A DNA stretch of 64,000 bases from an uncultured virus (IMG/VR IMGVR_UViG_3300030372_004205). Taxonomy: Duplodnaviria; Heunggongvirae; Uroviricota; Caudoviricetes; Crassvirales. The notes beneath the pieces were generated by a model. It had not been told where the DNA came from. It saw nothing but the letters and a program-made list of their open reading frames with translations, and did no database searches. Position 1 is the first letter of the stretch; every line of letters begins with the position of its first letter. Positions 49,329-59,189 of this stretch are shown here, piece after piece. The position numbers and the translations under genes were made by a program. The stretch lies in the IMG/VR virus record IMGVR_UViG_3300030372_004205, positions 1 through 64,000 of that record, one strand, 5' to 3'.

Positions 49329-51050
49329 ATGAATATAGAAAACACAGAGATCAATGGATTCTTGATTGACCAATTCAATCAATACAGTCTAAAACCTGGG
49401 AGCACTCAAGGCGTTTGTCCTTTGTGCTCTCACACTAGACAACCTAAGAATCAGAAGCTACAATGCGCTTCTTATGATTGGGAACGTGGTCTCGGCACTT
49501 GTCATAACTGTGACACTAGTTTTCAATTACATACTTACCAACGTAAGGGTAATGCAACTAAAGAATACGTAAAACCAATACCGGTTGAAGTATTCGAACC
49601 AGTTAAAGACAAGGCTGTTGAATGGTTTAAAACCAGAGGTATATCTCAACAAACGCTAGATGACTTATATGTTACAACGGGTGATGAGTTTATGCCTCAA
49701 ACAGGGCGGAAGGAGAACACTATACAGTTTAATTATATTATGGGTGATGAACTTGTTAATGTAAAGTATAGAGATGGAAGAAAGAATTTTAAACTATATA
49801 AAGGTGCTGAAAAGATATTCTACAATATTAATAGTATTGTAGGATATGACTGGTGCGTTATCACTGAAGGCGAAATGGATGCATTAGCACTACACGAAGC
49901 TGGAATTAAAAATGTGATATCAGTTCCTAACGGTGCCACGTTAAACAGTAATAATCTAGATTATCTAGATAATTGTATTGATTATTTTGAAGACAAGGAA
50001 AAGATTATATTAGCAGTCGATGCTGATGAAGCTGGTCAAGCTTTAAGATATGAGTTTATTAGGCGTCTTGGCGCTGAAGTCTGTTACTTAGTAGATTTCA
50101 ACGGTAATAAAGACTCTAATGACTTCTTAGTAGAACATGGAGCAGAAGAACTTAGAAAGGTTATAAACTCTGCTACACAAGTTCCGTTAGAAGGAGTTTC
50201 AACTCTTAGAGATATAGAGGCTGATTTACTCGACTTTGTACACAATGGTTTTAAACCTGGTTACCAAGTTGGTTTACCTAATTTTGATAGGATATTTTCA
50301 ACATATACTTCACAGTTTATTACTGTTACTGGTATACCATCATCTGGTAAGTCAGATTTTGTAGACCAAATGTGTATAGGTTATAATAGAAACTATGGAT
50401 GGAAAACAGCTTTTGCATCTCCAGAAAACAAACCTAATTTCTTACATGCCCATAAGCTAATACGTAAAACATGGGAAGGATTACCAACAAAAGATGATGT
50501 TGGTAGTGCTAAGTGGAAACAAGTTACTAATCATATTAATGATAATTATTTCTTTATTGATATGGATAGATATACACTTGAAGAGGTTTTACGTAAAGGC
50601 GCTGAGCTTGTAAAACGTAAAGGCATTAAATGTTTAGTTATTGATCCTTTTAATAAAATTAGAGATATTGATTGTAAAACAGAAGACGTTAATCGTTACA
50701 CCATGGAGTATTTAACTAAGATCGAAACGTTTGCTAAAAAGTATGATGTGTTGGTTATGGTTGTTGCTCATCCTACTAAAATGTATAAAGACAAAGAGGG
50801 TAAAATGGAAGAACCCACGATGTATAGCATTAAAGGTGGCGGTGAATGGTATGATGCTAGTTATCACGGGCTTTTAGTTCATAGAGATTATGAAGCTAAA
50901 ACAGTTAAGGTTAAAGTCTTAAAAGTTAAGTTTCAAAATCTAGGTGAGAATCAAGCTGAGTCTCATTTTAATTGGGAGCCAAAATCAGGTAGTTACATAC
51001 CGTTAGTAACTGATGCAGCTGATGTTGGAGCATTACCATGGGAAAGTTAA
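49329..51050 (+). CDS. Primase-helicase (T7 gp4/Twinkle-like)
   Basis: Zn finger CPLC..CHNC; TOPRIM ITEGEMD and DADEAG; Walker A TGIPSSGKS; LVIDPFN; VAHP. Confidence 0.92.
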   Translation: MNIENTEINGFLIDQFNQYSLKPGSTQGVCPLCSHTRQPKNQKLQCASYDWERGLGTCHNCDTSFQLHTYQRKGNATKEYVKPIPVEVFEPVKDKAVEWFKTRGISQQTLDDLYVTTGDEFMPQTGRKENTIQFNYIMGDELVNVKYRDGRKNFKLYKGAEKIFYNINSIVGYDWCVITEGEMDALALHEAGIKNVISVPNGATLNSNNLDYLDNCIDYFEDKEKIILAVDADEAGQALRYEFIRRLGAEVCYLVDFNGNKDSNDFLVEHGAEELRKVINSATQVPLEGVSTLRDIEADLLDFVHNGFKPGYQVGLPNFDRIFSTYTSQFITVTGIPSSGKSDFVDQMCIGYNRNYGWKTAFASPENKPNFLHAHKLIRKTWEGLPTKDDVGSAKWKQVTNHINDNYFFIDMDRYTLEEVLRKGAELVKRKGIKCLVIDPFNKIRDIDCKTEDVNRYTMEYLTKIETFAKKYDVLVMVVAHPTKMYKDKEGKMEEPTMYSIKGGGEWYDASYHGLLVHRDYEAKTVKVKVLKVKFQNLGENQAESHFNWEPKSGSYIPLVTDAADVGALPWES

Positions 51051-51301
51051 AAGAGGAACACGGTAAATACCCTAAACACGAAAGACAAGATTTAACGTCT
51101 TACAAATGGTGTTTTAGTAATGGGATAAAAATAGGACCGATTCCTCTTTGGGGTAGTGACTATGGTAATTGGACAGTGGAGATAACAATGAACGGTAAAA
51201 GAAACACTGATCCCAATAGATATAAGAAAGAAAGCATTATGTACAAAGTGTACGAATACTGCGATTATTATTATAATAAATATAAGAAAGATGGAGAATA
51301 G
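51038..51301 (+). CDS. Hypothetical protein
   Basis: 87 aa, overlapping both neighbours in the operon. Confidence 0.7.
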   Translation: MGKLKEEHGKYPKHERQDLTSYKWCFSNGIKIGPIPLWGSDYGNWTVEITMNGKRNTDPNRYKKESIMYKVYEYCDYYYNKYKKDGE

Positions 51302-51947
51302 ATTTAAAAACGCAAATGAAGCTTTTAAGTATTTTAAATGGCAAATACCAGAATATGGTGTTGAATTTGATGATACACAAGCTTTATTTAATGTAGGTTT
51401 CTACTTAGAAAATCCAATGGACAATTTAATTGAAGATCAAGATCGTAATTGGAAATGGAATTATGCCGAAGCTGAATGGCAATGGTATTTATCTGGTGAT
51501 AGAAACGTTAATAAGCTAGGTGAATTGTACGGCAAAGTACCTGAAATATGGAATAGAATGTCGGACGCTTGGGGTAATGTTAATTCTAATTATGGTTGGC
51601 AGTGGAAAAGAGATGATCAATTAGATAATGTTATAGCAATGTTAAAAACAAACCCTAGAACTAGACAAGCTGCTATTAGTATTTATGATGCCAAGGAAAT
51701 AAACTATGGACATTATACACATGATACCCCATGTACTTATGCTGTGCAGTTTACAATTGTAGGACAAAAGCTTAATATGTGTGTTGTGATGCGTTCTAAT
51801 GACCTCTGGTACGGTTTCTGCAACGATCAGTACTGTTTCTCTAAGTTACAGGAATTAGTTGCTGTGGAGACAGGTTTGTTAATAGGTAATTATTACCACT
51901 TTGCACACAACCTTCATCTATATGATAATATAATTGAAAAGCTATGA
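51291..51947 (+). CDS. Thymidylate-synthase-family enzyme, probably a dCMP (hydroxy)methylase
   Basis: DTPCT catalytic Cys; MRSNDLWYGFCND; NLHLY. Confidence 0.8.
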   Translation: MENRFKNANEAFKYFKWQIPEYGVEFDDTQALFNVGFYLENPMDNLIEDQDRNWKWNYAEAEWQWYLSGDRNVNKLGELYGKVPEIWNRMSDAWGNVNSNYGWQWKRDDQLDNVIAMLKTNPRTRQAAISIYDAKEINYGHYTHDTPCTYAVQFTIVGQKLNMCVVMRSNDLWYGFCNDQYCFSKLQELVAVETGLLIGNYYHFAHNLHLYDNIIEKL

Positions 51948-52756
51948 TAGAAGGAAAATACATAATATACCACATACCAGGAAAAAAGATCGGTGTTACA
52001 AACGACTTATATAATAGAGTTGAATTGCAACAGGGTTATGAGGTAGGTGAGTATGAAATTCTAGAGTCTTCTGACGATATAGATTACATATCTAAAAAAG
52101 AAATAGAATTACAGAAGGAATATGGTTACAGAGTTGACCCTATTCCATATAATGAACTGAATGTTAACCAAAAATTAAAAAATATGAATATAAACGTTAC
52201 GGAACAAACTACTACATTTCCGTGTCCTGTCAACAAACTGAAAGGTCAGTTGATGGACAACTTGCAAATGCACTGGAATACAGAGTTTGGAGAAGTTTAC
52301 CTAGATGTTGATTTAGCTAAGTGGATAGTTAAAAACGCTAAAACATCTATGTTCAATAATGATCGTTGCTATGTTTATAATAAAGCACTAGCAAGATATG
52401 TTGATAACAAGAGAAATCAACTTCCATTTAAAGAAGAAGATATCTATGAGCATGATGACAGCGTGGTTTTTTACTTTGATAAAATTAGAGATTGGGCTGA
52501 AGCCAAAGGTATATATGCTAAAGGCGATCCTAAAACTCAATATATTAAACTAATGGAAGAAGCTGGAGAGGTTGGTAGAGCTATATTAAAAGAAGATTTA
52601 CCTGAAATAAAAGATGGTATCGGTGACATGGTTGTTGTGCTAACCAACTTAGCGGAACTTTGTGATTTAACAATTGAAGAATGTGTTGAGTCAGCTTATG
52701 ATGTTATAAGTAAAAGAACTGGTAAAATGAAAAATGGAACATTTGTAAAAGATTAA
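51944..52756 (+). CDS. MazG-like nucleotide pyrophosphohydrolase with GIY-YIG-like N-terminal extension
   Basis: KLMEEAGEV...DGIGDMVVVL...AYDVISKRTGKM..GTFVK; N-terminal IYHIPGKKIGVT. Confidence 0.75.
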   Translation: MIEGKYIIYHIPGKKIGVTNDLYNRVELQQGYEVGEYEILESSDDIDYISKKEIELQKEYGYRVDPIPYNELNVNQKLKNMNINVTEQTTTFPCPVNKLKGQLMDNLQMHWNTEFGEVYLDVDLAKWIVKNAKTSMFNNDRCYVYNKALARYVDNKRNQLPFKEEDIYEHDDSVVFYFDKIRDWAEAKGIYAKGDPKTQYIKLMEEAGEVGRAILKEDLPEIKDGIGDMVVVLTNLAELCDLTIEECVESAYDVISKRTGKMKNGTFVKD

Positions 52757-52759
52757 TAT

Positions 52760-53041
52760 ATGAGTAGTAGAGAAATAATGAATGCTAAGGGTTTTGGTGA
52801 ATTAGAAGAAATGATTAATTTTAGAGATCCTGTTGTAAAACGTGTTGTAGATAAATTCAGAGACAGATCAGATGCTGGATATGAAAAATATGGTACGACT
52901 CTAGATGAAGAGAGAACAACGAAAATGAAAGGTCTAATGAAATATCTAATTGATATTCAGGAGGAACTGATGGACGCAATTTTGTATATACAAACTGCTC
53001 AAGAAGAACTTAAAGAATTTTTAGATGAGAAAGAGACATAA
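52760..53041 (+). CDS. Small all-alpha NTP-pyrophosphatase-like protein
   Basis: RS..GYEKYGTTL...QEELMDAILY. Confidence 0.6.
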   Translation: MSSREIMNAKGFGELEEMINFRDPVVKRVVDKFRDRSDAGYEKYGTTLDEERTTKMKGLMKYLIDIQEELMDAILYIQTAQEELKEFLDEKET

Positions 53042-53465
53042 GAAAAGAGGACCAGTTAGGTCTAAGAAGGTTGTGCTTGACGGTATAACCTTCGCTTCTG
53101 GTCTTGAGAAGTATATGTATCTAGCTCTTAAGAAAGCTAAAATAAAAGCTGATTATGAGGGTGAAACATTTACTTTAATAGATGGGTTTGAATTTGATAC
53201 TACTAGTTATGAAAGACAATCTAACGGTAAAGGAGAGTTTAAAAACAGAGGAGATAAAAAGATATTACCAATACGATACACACCAGACTTTGTAAGTGAA
53301 TGGTTTATAATAGAATGTAAAGGTCGAGCAAACGAAAGTTTCCCAATGAGATGGAAACTGTTTAAGAGAATGATTAATAAACAACGACCGTATGTAACTT
53401 TATATAAGCCTCAAAACCAGAAGGAATGTGATCAGGTAGTAGAGTTAATAACTAAAAATAAATAA
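53025..53465 (+). CDS. Endonuclease (T7 endonuclease I-like resolvase)
   Basis: FASGLE...YTPDF...IIECKG. Confidence 0.75.
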   Translation: MRKRHKKRGPVRSKKVVLDGITFASGLEKYMYLALKKAKIKADYEGETFTLIDGFEFDTTSYERQSNGKGEFKNRGDKKILPIRYTPDFVSEWFIIECKGRANESFPMRWKLFKRMINKQRPYVTLYKPQNQKECDQVVELITKNK

Positions 53466-53466
53466 T

Positions 53467-53610
53467 ATGAATTGGGAATTTAGTGTAGGATTTTATCCTG
53501 GTATACTTTTTGGAATGAGGACGTATACCGAACGAAACAAACAAAACCATGTAGTATATCTACCGCTTGTAGATTTTTGTTTAACAATATTTAAAAGAAA
53601 AAGAAAATAA
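53467..53610 (+). CDS. Small hypothetical protein, 47 aa
   Basis: Hand-translated MNWEFSVGFYPGILFG...; fills the gap before the RNR gene. Confidence 0.55.
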   Translation: MNWEFSVGFYPGILFGMRTYTERNKQNHVVYLPLVDFCLTIFKRKRK

Positions 53611-55455
53611 TGAAAGAGATTAATAGTAACATTTTATCTGATATTACTGTCCATATGAAATATGCTAAATATGTTCCTGAGTTGAAACGTAGAGAAACTT
53701 GGAATGAATTAGTAGATAGGAATATGGCAATGCATATTAAGAAATACCCAAAGTTGGAGGTTGAAATAAGAAAAGCGTATAGCTATGTATTTACAAAACA
53801 AATACTACCATCTATGAGAAGTTTACAATTCGCTGGAAAGCCAATTGAAATCTCTCCAAATAGATTATATAATTGTTCTTATTTACCTGTTGATAGCGTA
53901 GATGCTTTCAACGAGATAATGTTTCTATTGTTATCAGGATGTGGAGTTGGATATTCAGTTCAACAGCACCATATAAAGAGTTTACCANNNNNNNNNNAGA
54001 AGGTTTGTTATAGGTGATTCAATTGAAGGTTGGTCTGATGCTGTTAAAGTATTAATTAGATCTTATCTTGGAGAGAAAAGAGCTTCAAGAATAGTATTTG
54101 ATTATACTGACATCAGACCTAAAGGTGCTAGGCTAGTGACATCAGGTGGTAAAGCACCTGGTCCACAGCCTTTAAAAGAATGCTTAATTAAAGTTGAGGG
54201 TATTCTTGAATCCAAAGACGATGGGTCAACATTAACATCGTTAGAAGTACATGATATTGTGTGTCATATAGCCGATGCTGTATTAGCTGGTGGAATTAGA
54301 CGAGCTGCATTAATCAGTTTGTTTACTGCTACTGACGACGATATGATATCTTGTAAATCTGGTAACTGGTGGGAAACAAACCCACAAAGAGGTAGATCAA
54401 ACAACTCAGCTGTTTTAATGAGACATAAAATAACTAGAGAGTTTTTTATGGACTTGTGGAAACGAGTTGAATTATCTGGAGCTGGAGAGCCTGGCATATA
54501 TCTTAACAATGACAAAGATTGGGGTACAAACCCTTGCTGTGAGATAGCGCTTAGACCTTTCCAGTTCTGTAACCTTTGTGAAGTTAATGTATCTAATATT
54601 AAAGATCAAGATGATTTAAATAATAGAGTTAAAGCTGCAGCGTTCATAGGAACGCTACAAGCTGGATATACTGACTTCCACTATCTTAGAGAAATATGGA
54701 AAGAAACAACAGAAAAAGACGCTCTTATAGGTGTGTCAATGACAGGAATCGGGAGTGCCGCTGTGCTCCAAATGGATATGAAGGCCGCTGCAAATATCGT
54801 GACAAAGGAAAACGCACGGGTAGCGAAACTAATAGGGATTAATTCATCAGCTAGATGTACAACTGTAAAACCTGCAGGGACAACATCTCTGGTCCTCGGA
54901 ACATCTTCGGGTATTCACGCTTGGCATAATGATTATTATGTCCGTAGAATGCGCGTGGGGAAGAATGAGGCTATATATGGATATTTATTAAATAACCATA
55001 AGGAGTTAATTGAAGACGAGTACTTCAGACCTCACGATACCGCTGTTATTTCCATACCACAAAAAGCGCCTGATGGTTCAATACTTAGAACTGAATCACC
55101 ATTTGATACTCTTGAAAGAGTTAAACGTGTTGCACAAGAATGGATACGACCTGGTCATAGACGAGGTAGTAATACTCACAATGTGTCAGCAACTATATCT
55201 TTAAAAGAAAACGAATGGAAGAAAGCAGGGGATTGGATGTGGGAGAATAGAGAATATTACAATGGGTTATCTGTATTACCATATGATGGTGGTACATATA
55301 CACAAGCTCCGTTTGAGGACATTGACGAAGCTAAATATAATAAAATGTCCAAAGTATTATCTAATGTAGATTTAACGAAAGTTATTGAAGCGGAGGATAA
55401 CACAGATCTATCAGGCGAGTTAGCTTGTGCTGGTGGGTCGTGTGAAGTTGTTTAA
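53610..55455 (+). CDS. nrdJ: Class II (adenosylcobalamin-dependent) ribonucleotide reductase, interrupted by an assembly gap
   Basis: RRETW, LPSMRSLQF, YNCS, TNPCCEI, TVKPAGT, C-terminal CAGGSCEV; run of N at 53988-53997. Confidence 0.9.
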
Positions 55456-55473
55456 TTTAATAAAATGTAAAAT

Positions 55474-55653
55474 ATGAATTTAGAAGAATTATTAGATGTT
55501 ATGCAAGATGAAATGCATAGCGCTCACGAAGAAATAGAAAAGTTTATGAATGGAAATAAATCCGCAGGAACTAGAGCTAGAAAGAGTATGCAAACAATTA
55601 AAGATGCTGCTCAGAATGTGAGGAAACAAATTCAAGCCATAAAGAATGGTTAA
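55474..55653 (+). CDS. Histone H1-like (Hc1-type) protein, 59 aa
   Basis: KFMNGNKSAGTRARKSMQTIK. Confidence 0.8.
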   Translation: MNLEELLDVMQDEMHSAHEEIEKFMNGNKSAGTRARKSMQTIKDAAQNVRKQIQAIKNG

Positions 55654-55790
55654 ATAATAAAGGGGGCTTTTGCCCCCTTTTTTTTATCAAGCTTATCGTC
55701 CTTTGTAAAAGGACTATTACCAGCTACTTTAGATCTTCTTCTACCGCAACTAGTTATTTTAACAGGATTTTTTACTTGAATATAAGCCAT
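55650..55790 (-). CDS. Small basic late peptide with SPFTK motif, 46 aa
   Basis: MAYIQVKNPVKITSCGRRRSKVAGNSPFTK... Confidence 0.5.
   Translation of the reverse strand: MAYIQVKNPVKITSCGRRRSKVAGNSPFTKDDKLDKKKGAKAPFII
55652..55685. terminator. Bidirectional intrinsic terminator where the two arms converge
   Basis: A-rich flank, GGGGGC-TTTT-GCCCCC, then T8. Confidence 0.85.
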
Positions 55791-55815
55791 TGTTAAAACT
55801 TTTTAACTTTGTTTT

Positions 55816-56313
55816 TTACGTTTTCTTTTTCTTTTTGTCTTCAGCTGATGCTATTATGTTTTTTAATAAAAGTCCTTGCTTTTTAGATTCTTTTTCTGTT
55901 TTAGGTGAATGAGAAGCTAGATCAGCTTTTCGTTTAGCGTGACTTTCTTTAACTGCTTTTTCTCCTGCTTCTGTAGCTGCTTTATGATGTTCAGCACCTT
56001 TTCCATGTTCTTCTTTATATGCCCAATAAGCATCAGTTTTGGTTTTTCTATCCTTATCAGCTTGCTCGTTTCGCGCTTTTTGATCTTTAAGTATTTTATT
56101 TTGTTTAGTAAGATCAGCTTTTCTTATAGCTTTCGTTTTCTTATCGATACCACCAATATTGTCCATGTTAACTGCGGCGTCACGAAAAGCCTGTGCTTTA
56201 TCCTTTGCCCAATCTTTAGCTTTGCTCCAAAATGATTTACCACTAGCTTTTGTAAATGGTGATTGTTTATTTGTAATAGTGAAGGGTGTGTATCCCTTTT
56301 GTTTGTATCCCAT
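55816..56313 (-). CDS. Lys/Ala-rich late protein with KGYTP tag
   Basis: MGYKQKGYTPFT...QSPFTK. Confidence 0.75.
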   Translation of the reverse strand: MGYKQKGYTPFTITNKQSPFTKASGKSFWSKAKDWAKDKAQAFRDAAVNMDNIGGIDKKTKAIRKADLTKQNKILKDQKARNEQADKDRKTKTDAYWAYKEEHGKGAEHHKAATEAGEKAVKESHAKRKADLASHSPKTEKESKKQGLLLKNIIASAEDKKKKKT

Positions 56314-56315
56314 GA

Positions 56316-56717
56316 TTATTGAAATTTATTTAGTATTATTGTGTCAACAGAATTTTGCACTGTCTTTTTATCCGCATGTAACGTAAACATTATATTGGGT
56401 AGAAATCTAACCTTCTCCACGCCGTTGTCAAATATAATAACAGTGGGTATTGCAGAAACATCATACTTGTTTTGAACATCCATTGAGGCCATTATATCTA
56501 ATCTGTATGTCTCACATTCTTTTATCTTTTCAAGATCGTTAAATTGGTTGTGTTTATTCCAGTCAGCCCAAAACTCTACAACCACAACATCTTTAGCTAT
56601 TTTATCTCCAAAGTTTTCAGTGTCTATAAAGTCTTGCCCCATAGCAGATCCACATCCAAAAGCAAATAACATAATTAAAATGTAAAGATAATTTGATATT
56701 TCTACTTGTCTTATCAT
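56316..56717 (-). CDS. Exported thioredoxin-fold protein lacking CxxC
   Basis: Signal/TM helix; VVVEFWADWNKHN; KYDVSAIPTVIIFDNGVE. Confidence 0.75.
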   Translation of the reverse strand: MIRQVEISNYLYILIMLFAFGCGSAMGQDFIDTENFGDKIAKDVVVVEFWADWNKHNQFNDLEKIKECETYRLDIMASMDVQNKYDVSAIPTVIIFDNGVEKVRFLPNIMFTLHADKKTVQNSVDTIILNKFQ

Positions 56718-57058
56718 TTTCTTAATATTTTTATTTCTTCTTTCAGTTCATCTACCTCCTTAACTAACGCATCAATTTTATTACGAGCCATTTGATCTTT
56801 CATATTAAATTCCATTCTAGTTGGTGGCCAAGTATTAGTGGCAGCAGGGTCGCCCATATCAATTGTATATATACCTGTTCCAGGTTTTGGTAATTCTAAT
56901 GCTTTTTGAACTTTTGTTTCTAGTTCTCCAAATTTAGAGTTTATAGTACTCATTAAACCAAAATAAGCAGATATAATAGTAGCAACAGCTACAACTATAC
57001 TGATTAATGTTTTTATACTTATCTGAAATTTACTGTCTTCTGATAATTCTTTTGCCAT
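56714..57058 (-). CDS. Single-TM coiled-coil membrane protein
   Basis: N-terminal TM helix, then two coiled-coil segments. Confidence 0.7.
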   Translation of the reverse strand: MAKELSEDSKFQISIKTLISIVVAVATIISAYFGLMSTINSKFGELETKVQKALELPKPGTGIYTIDMGDPAATNTWPPTRMEFNMKDQMARNKIDALVKEVDELKEEIKILRK

Positions 57059-57060
57059 TA

Positions 57061-57222
57061 TTAAGACGTTTTATATATCCTTAAACCTTTTTCTATTTTC
57101 TCTTGTAATTCCTCAGACGTCTCAGCATGATATTTATCATGACTAGGATGTCTCCTTCTACCATGTATTTTAGATCTTCTTTGAGTTAATGGTGAAATAT
57201 TTTGTTTTTCTAAATCTAACAT
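57061..57222 (-). CDS. Small basic peptide, 53 aa (SPLT motif)
   Basis: Hand-translated MLDLEKQNISPLTQRRSK...; fills the gap exactly. Confidence 0.55.
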   Translation of the reverse strand: MLDLEKQNISPLTQRRSKIHGRRRHPSHDKYHAETSEELQEKIEKGLRIYKTS

Positions 57223-57223
57223 A

Positions 57224-58006
57224 TTACTTTCTTATATAAATTTTACCATTCTCAATATACAATCCTTCTCTATTTTTAATAGCTTGCCCATTAATATTAT
57301 ATATTACACCATTTGTCTTAGATTTATCTAATATTTCCATAATAGCAGAGTTGCAAGGTAAACCTGAGTCACAATCAATATATTCTGTATTTATCACCTC
57401 AACATATTCCACAACCGTATCAACTACAAATATTTCTAAGTATTCAGTTTCTATAACAGTATCATATATAATTGTATCAACATACTCTATAACAGGAACT
57501 TCAACAACTAACGTGTCTAATATATCCTCATAAACAGTAATAGTATCTGTAACGTATATATATTCTGGAACTAATGTTTCAATTTCAAACGTATCAATAA
57601 CAACTGTTGTTATATATTCTGTTTCAACTATTGTGTCAAATTGAATTATAGTTTCATATATATAAAATGGCACCTCTACTTCTATTGTATCATAATTCCA
57701 CTCTATAAACGGAACTTCTATAAATACAGTATCACAAGGTGGTGGTGGTGGTGGACCGCAATCTGTTGGTAAAGTTGGTGCAGCTTCGTTTTCATCAGAA
57801 GCATCAACACAATCCTCCCATCCATCATTTATCCAATTACCTGGAACACATCCTTCTGGAGAGTATTGAGTCCAATTTGTTGGGTCATCTCCACAGTAAA
57901 ATCCTCCTGCCTCTGCACAAGTTAAACATAACTCTTGAAAATCGTATTCTTGCGCATTAGCGAACGAGCCAATAAACGCAAATAGTATTATAATATATTT
58001 CTTCAT
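57224..58006 (-). CDS. Secreted protein with LDL-receptor class A-like module, DT-rich stalk and T9SS CTD-like C-terminus
   Basis: Signal ...FANA|Q; CVPGNWINDGWEDCVDASDE; DT[IV] repeats; IYNINGQ...GLYIENGK. Confidence 0.65.
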   Translation of the reverse strand: MKKYIIILFAFIGSFANAQEYDFQELCLTCAEAGGFYCGDDPTNWTQYSPEGCVPGNWINDGWEDCVDASDENEAAPTLPTDCGPPPPPPCDTVFIEVPFIEWNYDTIEVEVPFYIYETIIQFDTIVETEYITTVVIDTFEIETLVPEYIYVTDTITVYEDILDTLVVEVPVIEYVDTIIYDTVIETEYLEIFVVDTVVEYVEVINTEYIDCDSGLPCNSAIMEILDKSKTNGVIYNINGQAIKNREGLYIENGKIYIRK

Positions 58007-58008
58007 AA

Positions 58009-59061
58009 TTAAAATATTAAATAGTTAAAACCAAACTTCACTTCATATACTGGTTTATCCCAGTACTTCATATGAGTTCCTTCAATAAACAATCCCAATG
58101 ATTTAGTAATCCTTGAGCCAAATACAATACCAGCATCCCACTCGATATTGTCGTATTTTTCCTCCCCATATTCAAACGAATAATCGTCTAGACCATAATG
58201 TAATGGTAGACAGTTAGCCCAAATATGTAGCCACAGTTTTGGTGTGTACTTATAATACGCCACACCAACAACAGCACTAATTTCTTTTTGTAATCCCAAC
58301 TTCTCTAGTTCACGCTCATTAAATCGTGCAACCGCATCTCCAAAATAGTGGTGGAAAAACTCGTCGTTTGAGGTAGCGATAAGTACGGAATCTCCACCAC
58401 TAACATCGTACCAATTTTGGTCGACATAAAATCCCTGCACCCATTGTTCTGGTGCATACCCAAAGTCTTCCGCTAGATCTTGGAATGTTGATTCACCTGG
58501 TATCCAAAAATCTTCAATAGGATTTATACCATAAGCTGGATGTATTCTACCAACAACCCCAACTGTTAAATCCCAGTTACCTTTTGTTATTCTATATCTT
58601 GTATCAAACGATGCAAACCGTAAATCTACTCTTTGGTTATCTGTATATTGCAACTTAGTAACACAACTGTTACCTAAATATCTTAGCCAGAAATTTTGAT
58701 TATTAAATTTTTCTCCACGTTCTCTAATAAAAGAATAGTTAAGTAAATACTCCCAACCAATAGCATTACCTATTGTCACGTTATCACTTACTCCATCTTC
58801 AGTTCCGTAATACCACGTTTTGACCTTATACTCATAATCCATACGAGCGATTTTTCTCAACCCAATTGTCAAGTTATAATCATATGGATTAACTTCTGTA
58901 ACGTCTTCATATCCTTTACCAATAGCAATATAGTCTTCTCTTTCAGTAAAAGAAGTACCCATTGTCATTGATGTGTATAATGTAGAATATTTAAAAAAGT
59001 CTTTTATCTGCCCTGTGCAAGTAGCACTAATAAGCAAAAATAATATAATTAATTTTTTCAT
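58009..59061 (-). CDS. Putative outer-membrane beta-barrel protein
   Basis: Signal peptide, alternating aromatic strands, C-terminal beta-signal VKFGFNYLIF. Confidence 0.65.
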   Translation of the reverse strand: MKKLIILFLLISATCTGQIKDFFKYSTLYTSMTMGTSFTEREDYIAIGKGYEDVTEVNPYDYNLTIGLRKIARMDYEYKVKTWYYGTEDGVSDNVTIGNAIGWEYLLNYSFIRERGEKFNNQNFWLRYLGNSCVTKLQYTDNQRVDLRFASFDTRYRITKGNWDLTVGVVGRIHPAYGINPIEDFWIPGESTFQDLAEDFGYAPEQWVQGFYVDQNWYDVSGGDSVLIATSNDEFFHHYFGDAVARFNERELEKLGLQKEISAVVGVAYYKYTPKLWLHIWANCLPLHYGLDDYSFEYGEEKYDNIEWDAGIVFGSRITKSLGLFIEGTHMKYWDKPVYEVKFGFNYLIF

Positions 59062-59189
59062 TTTCCTTGTCCTCTATATTGTTTTTTATAGTTATCACTA
59101 CCTTTGTTATTAGAGGTTTTAGATTTAGCGTGTACACCTCTTTTTACACGTTTCTTTTCCATAAATATAAACGATGCTCTCTTTGCCAT
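59058..59189 (-). CDS. Small basic peptide ending YRGQGK, 43 aa
   Basis: Hand-translated; overlaps both neighbours by stop/start coupling. Confidence 0.65.
   Translation of the reverse strand: MAKRASFIFMEKKRVKRGVHAKSKTSNNKGSDNYKKQYRGQGK

Noticed and set aside
53988..54135. Split RNR, intron, intein or frameshift
   Set aside because: The break coincides with a run of N (assembly gap), and RNR sequence resumes right after it.
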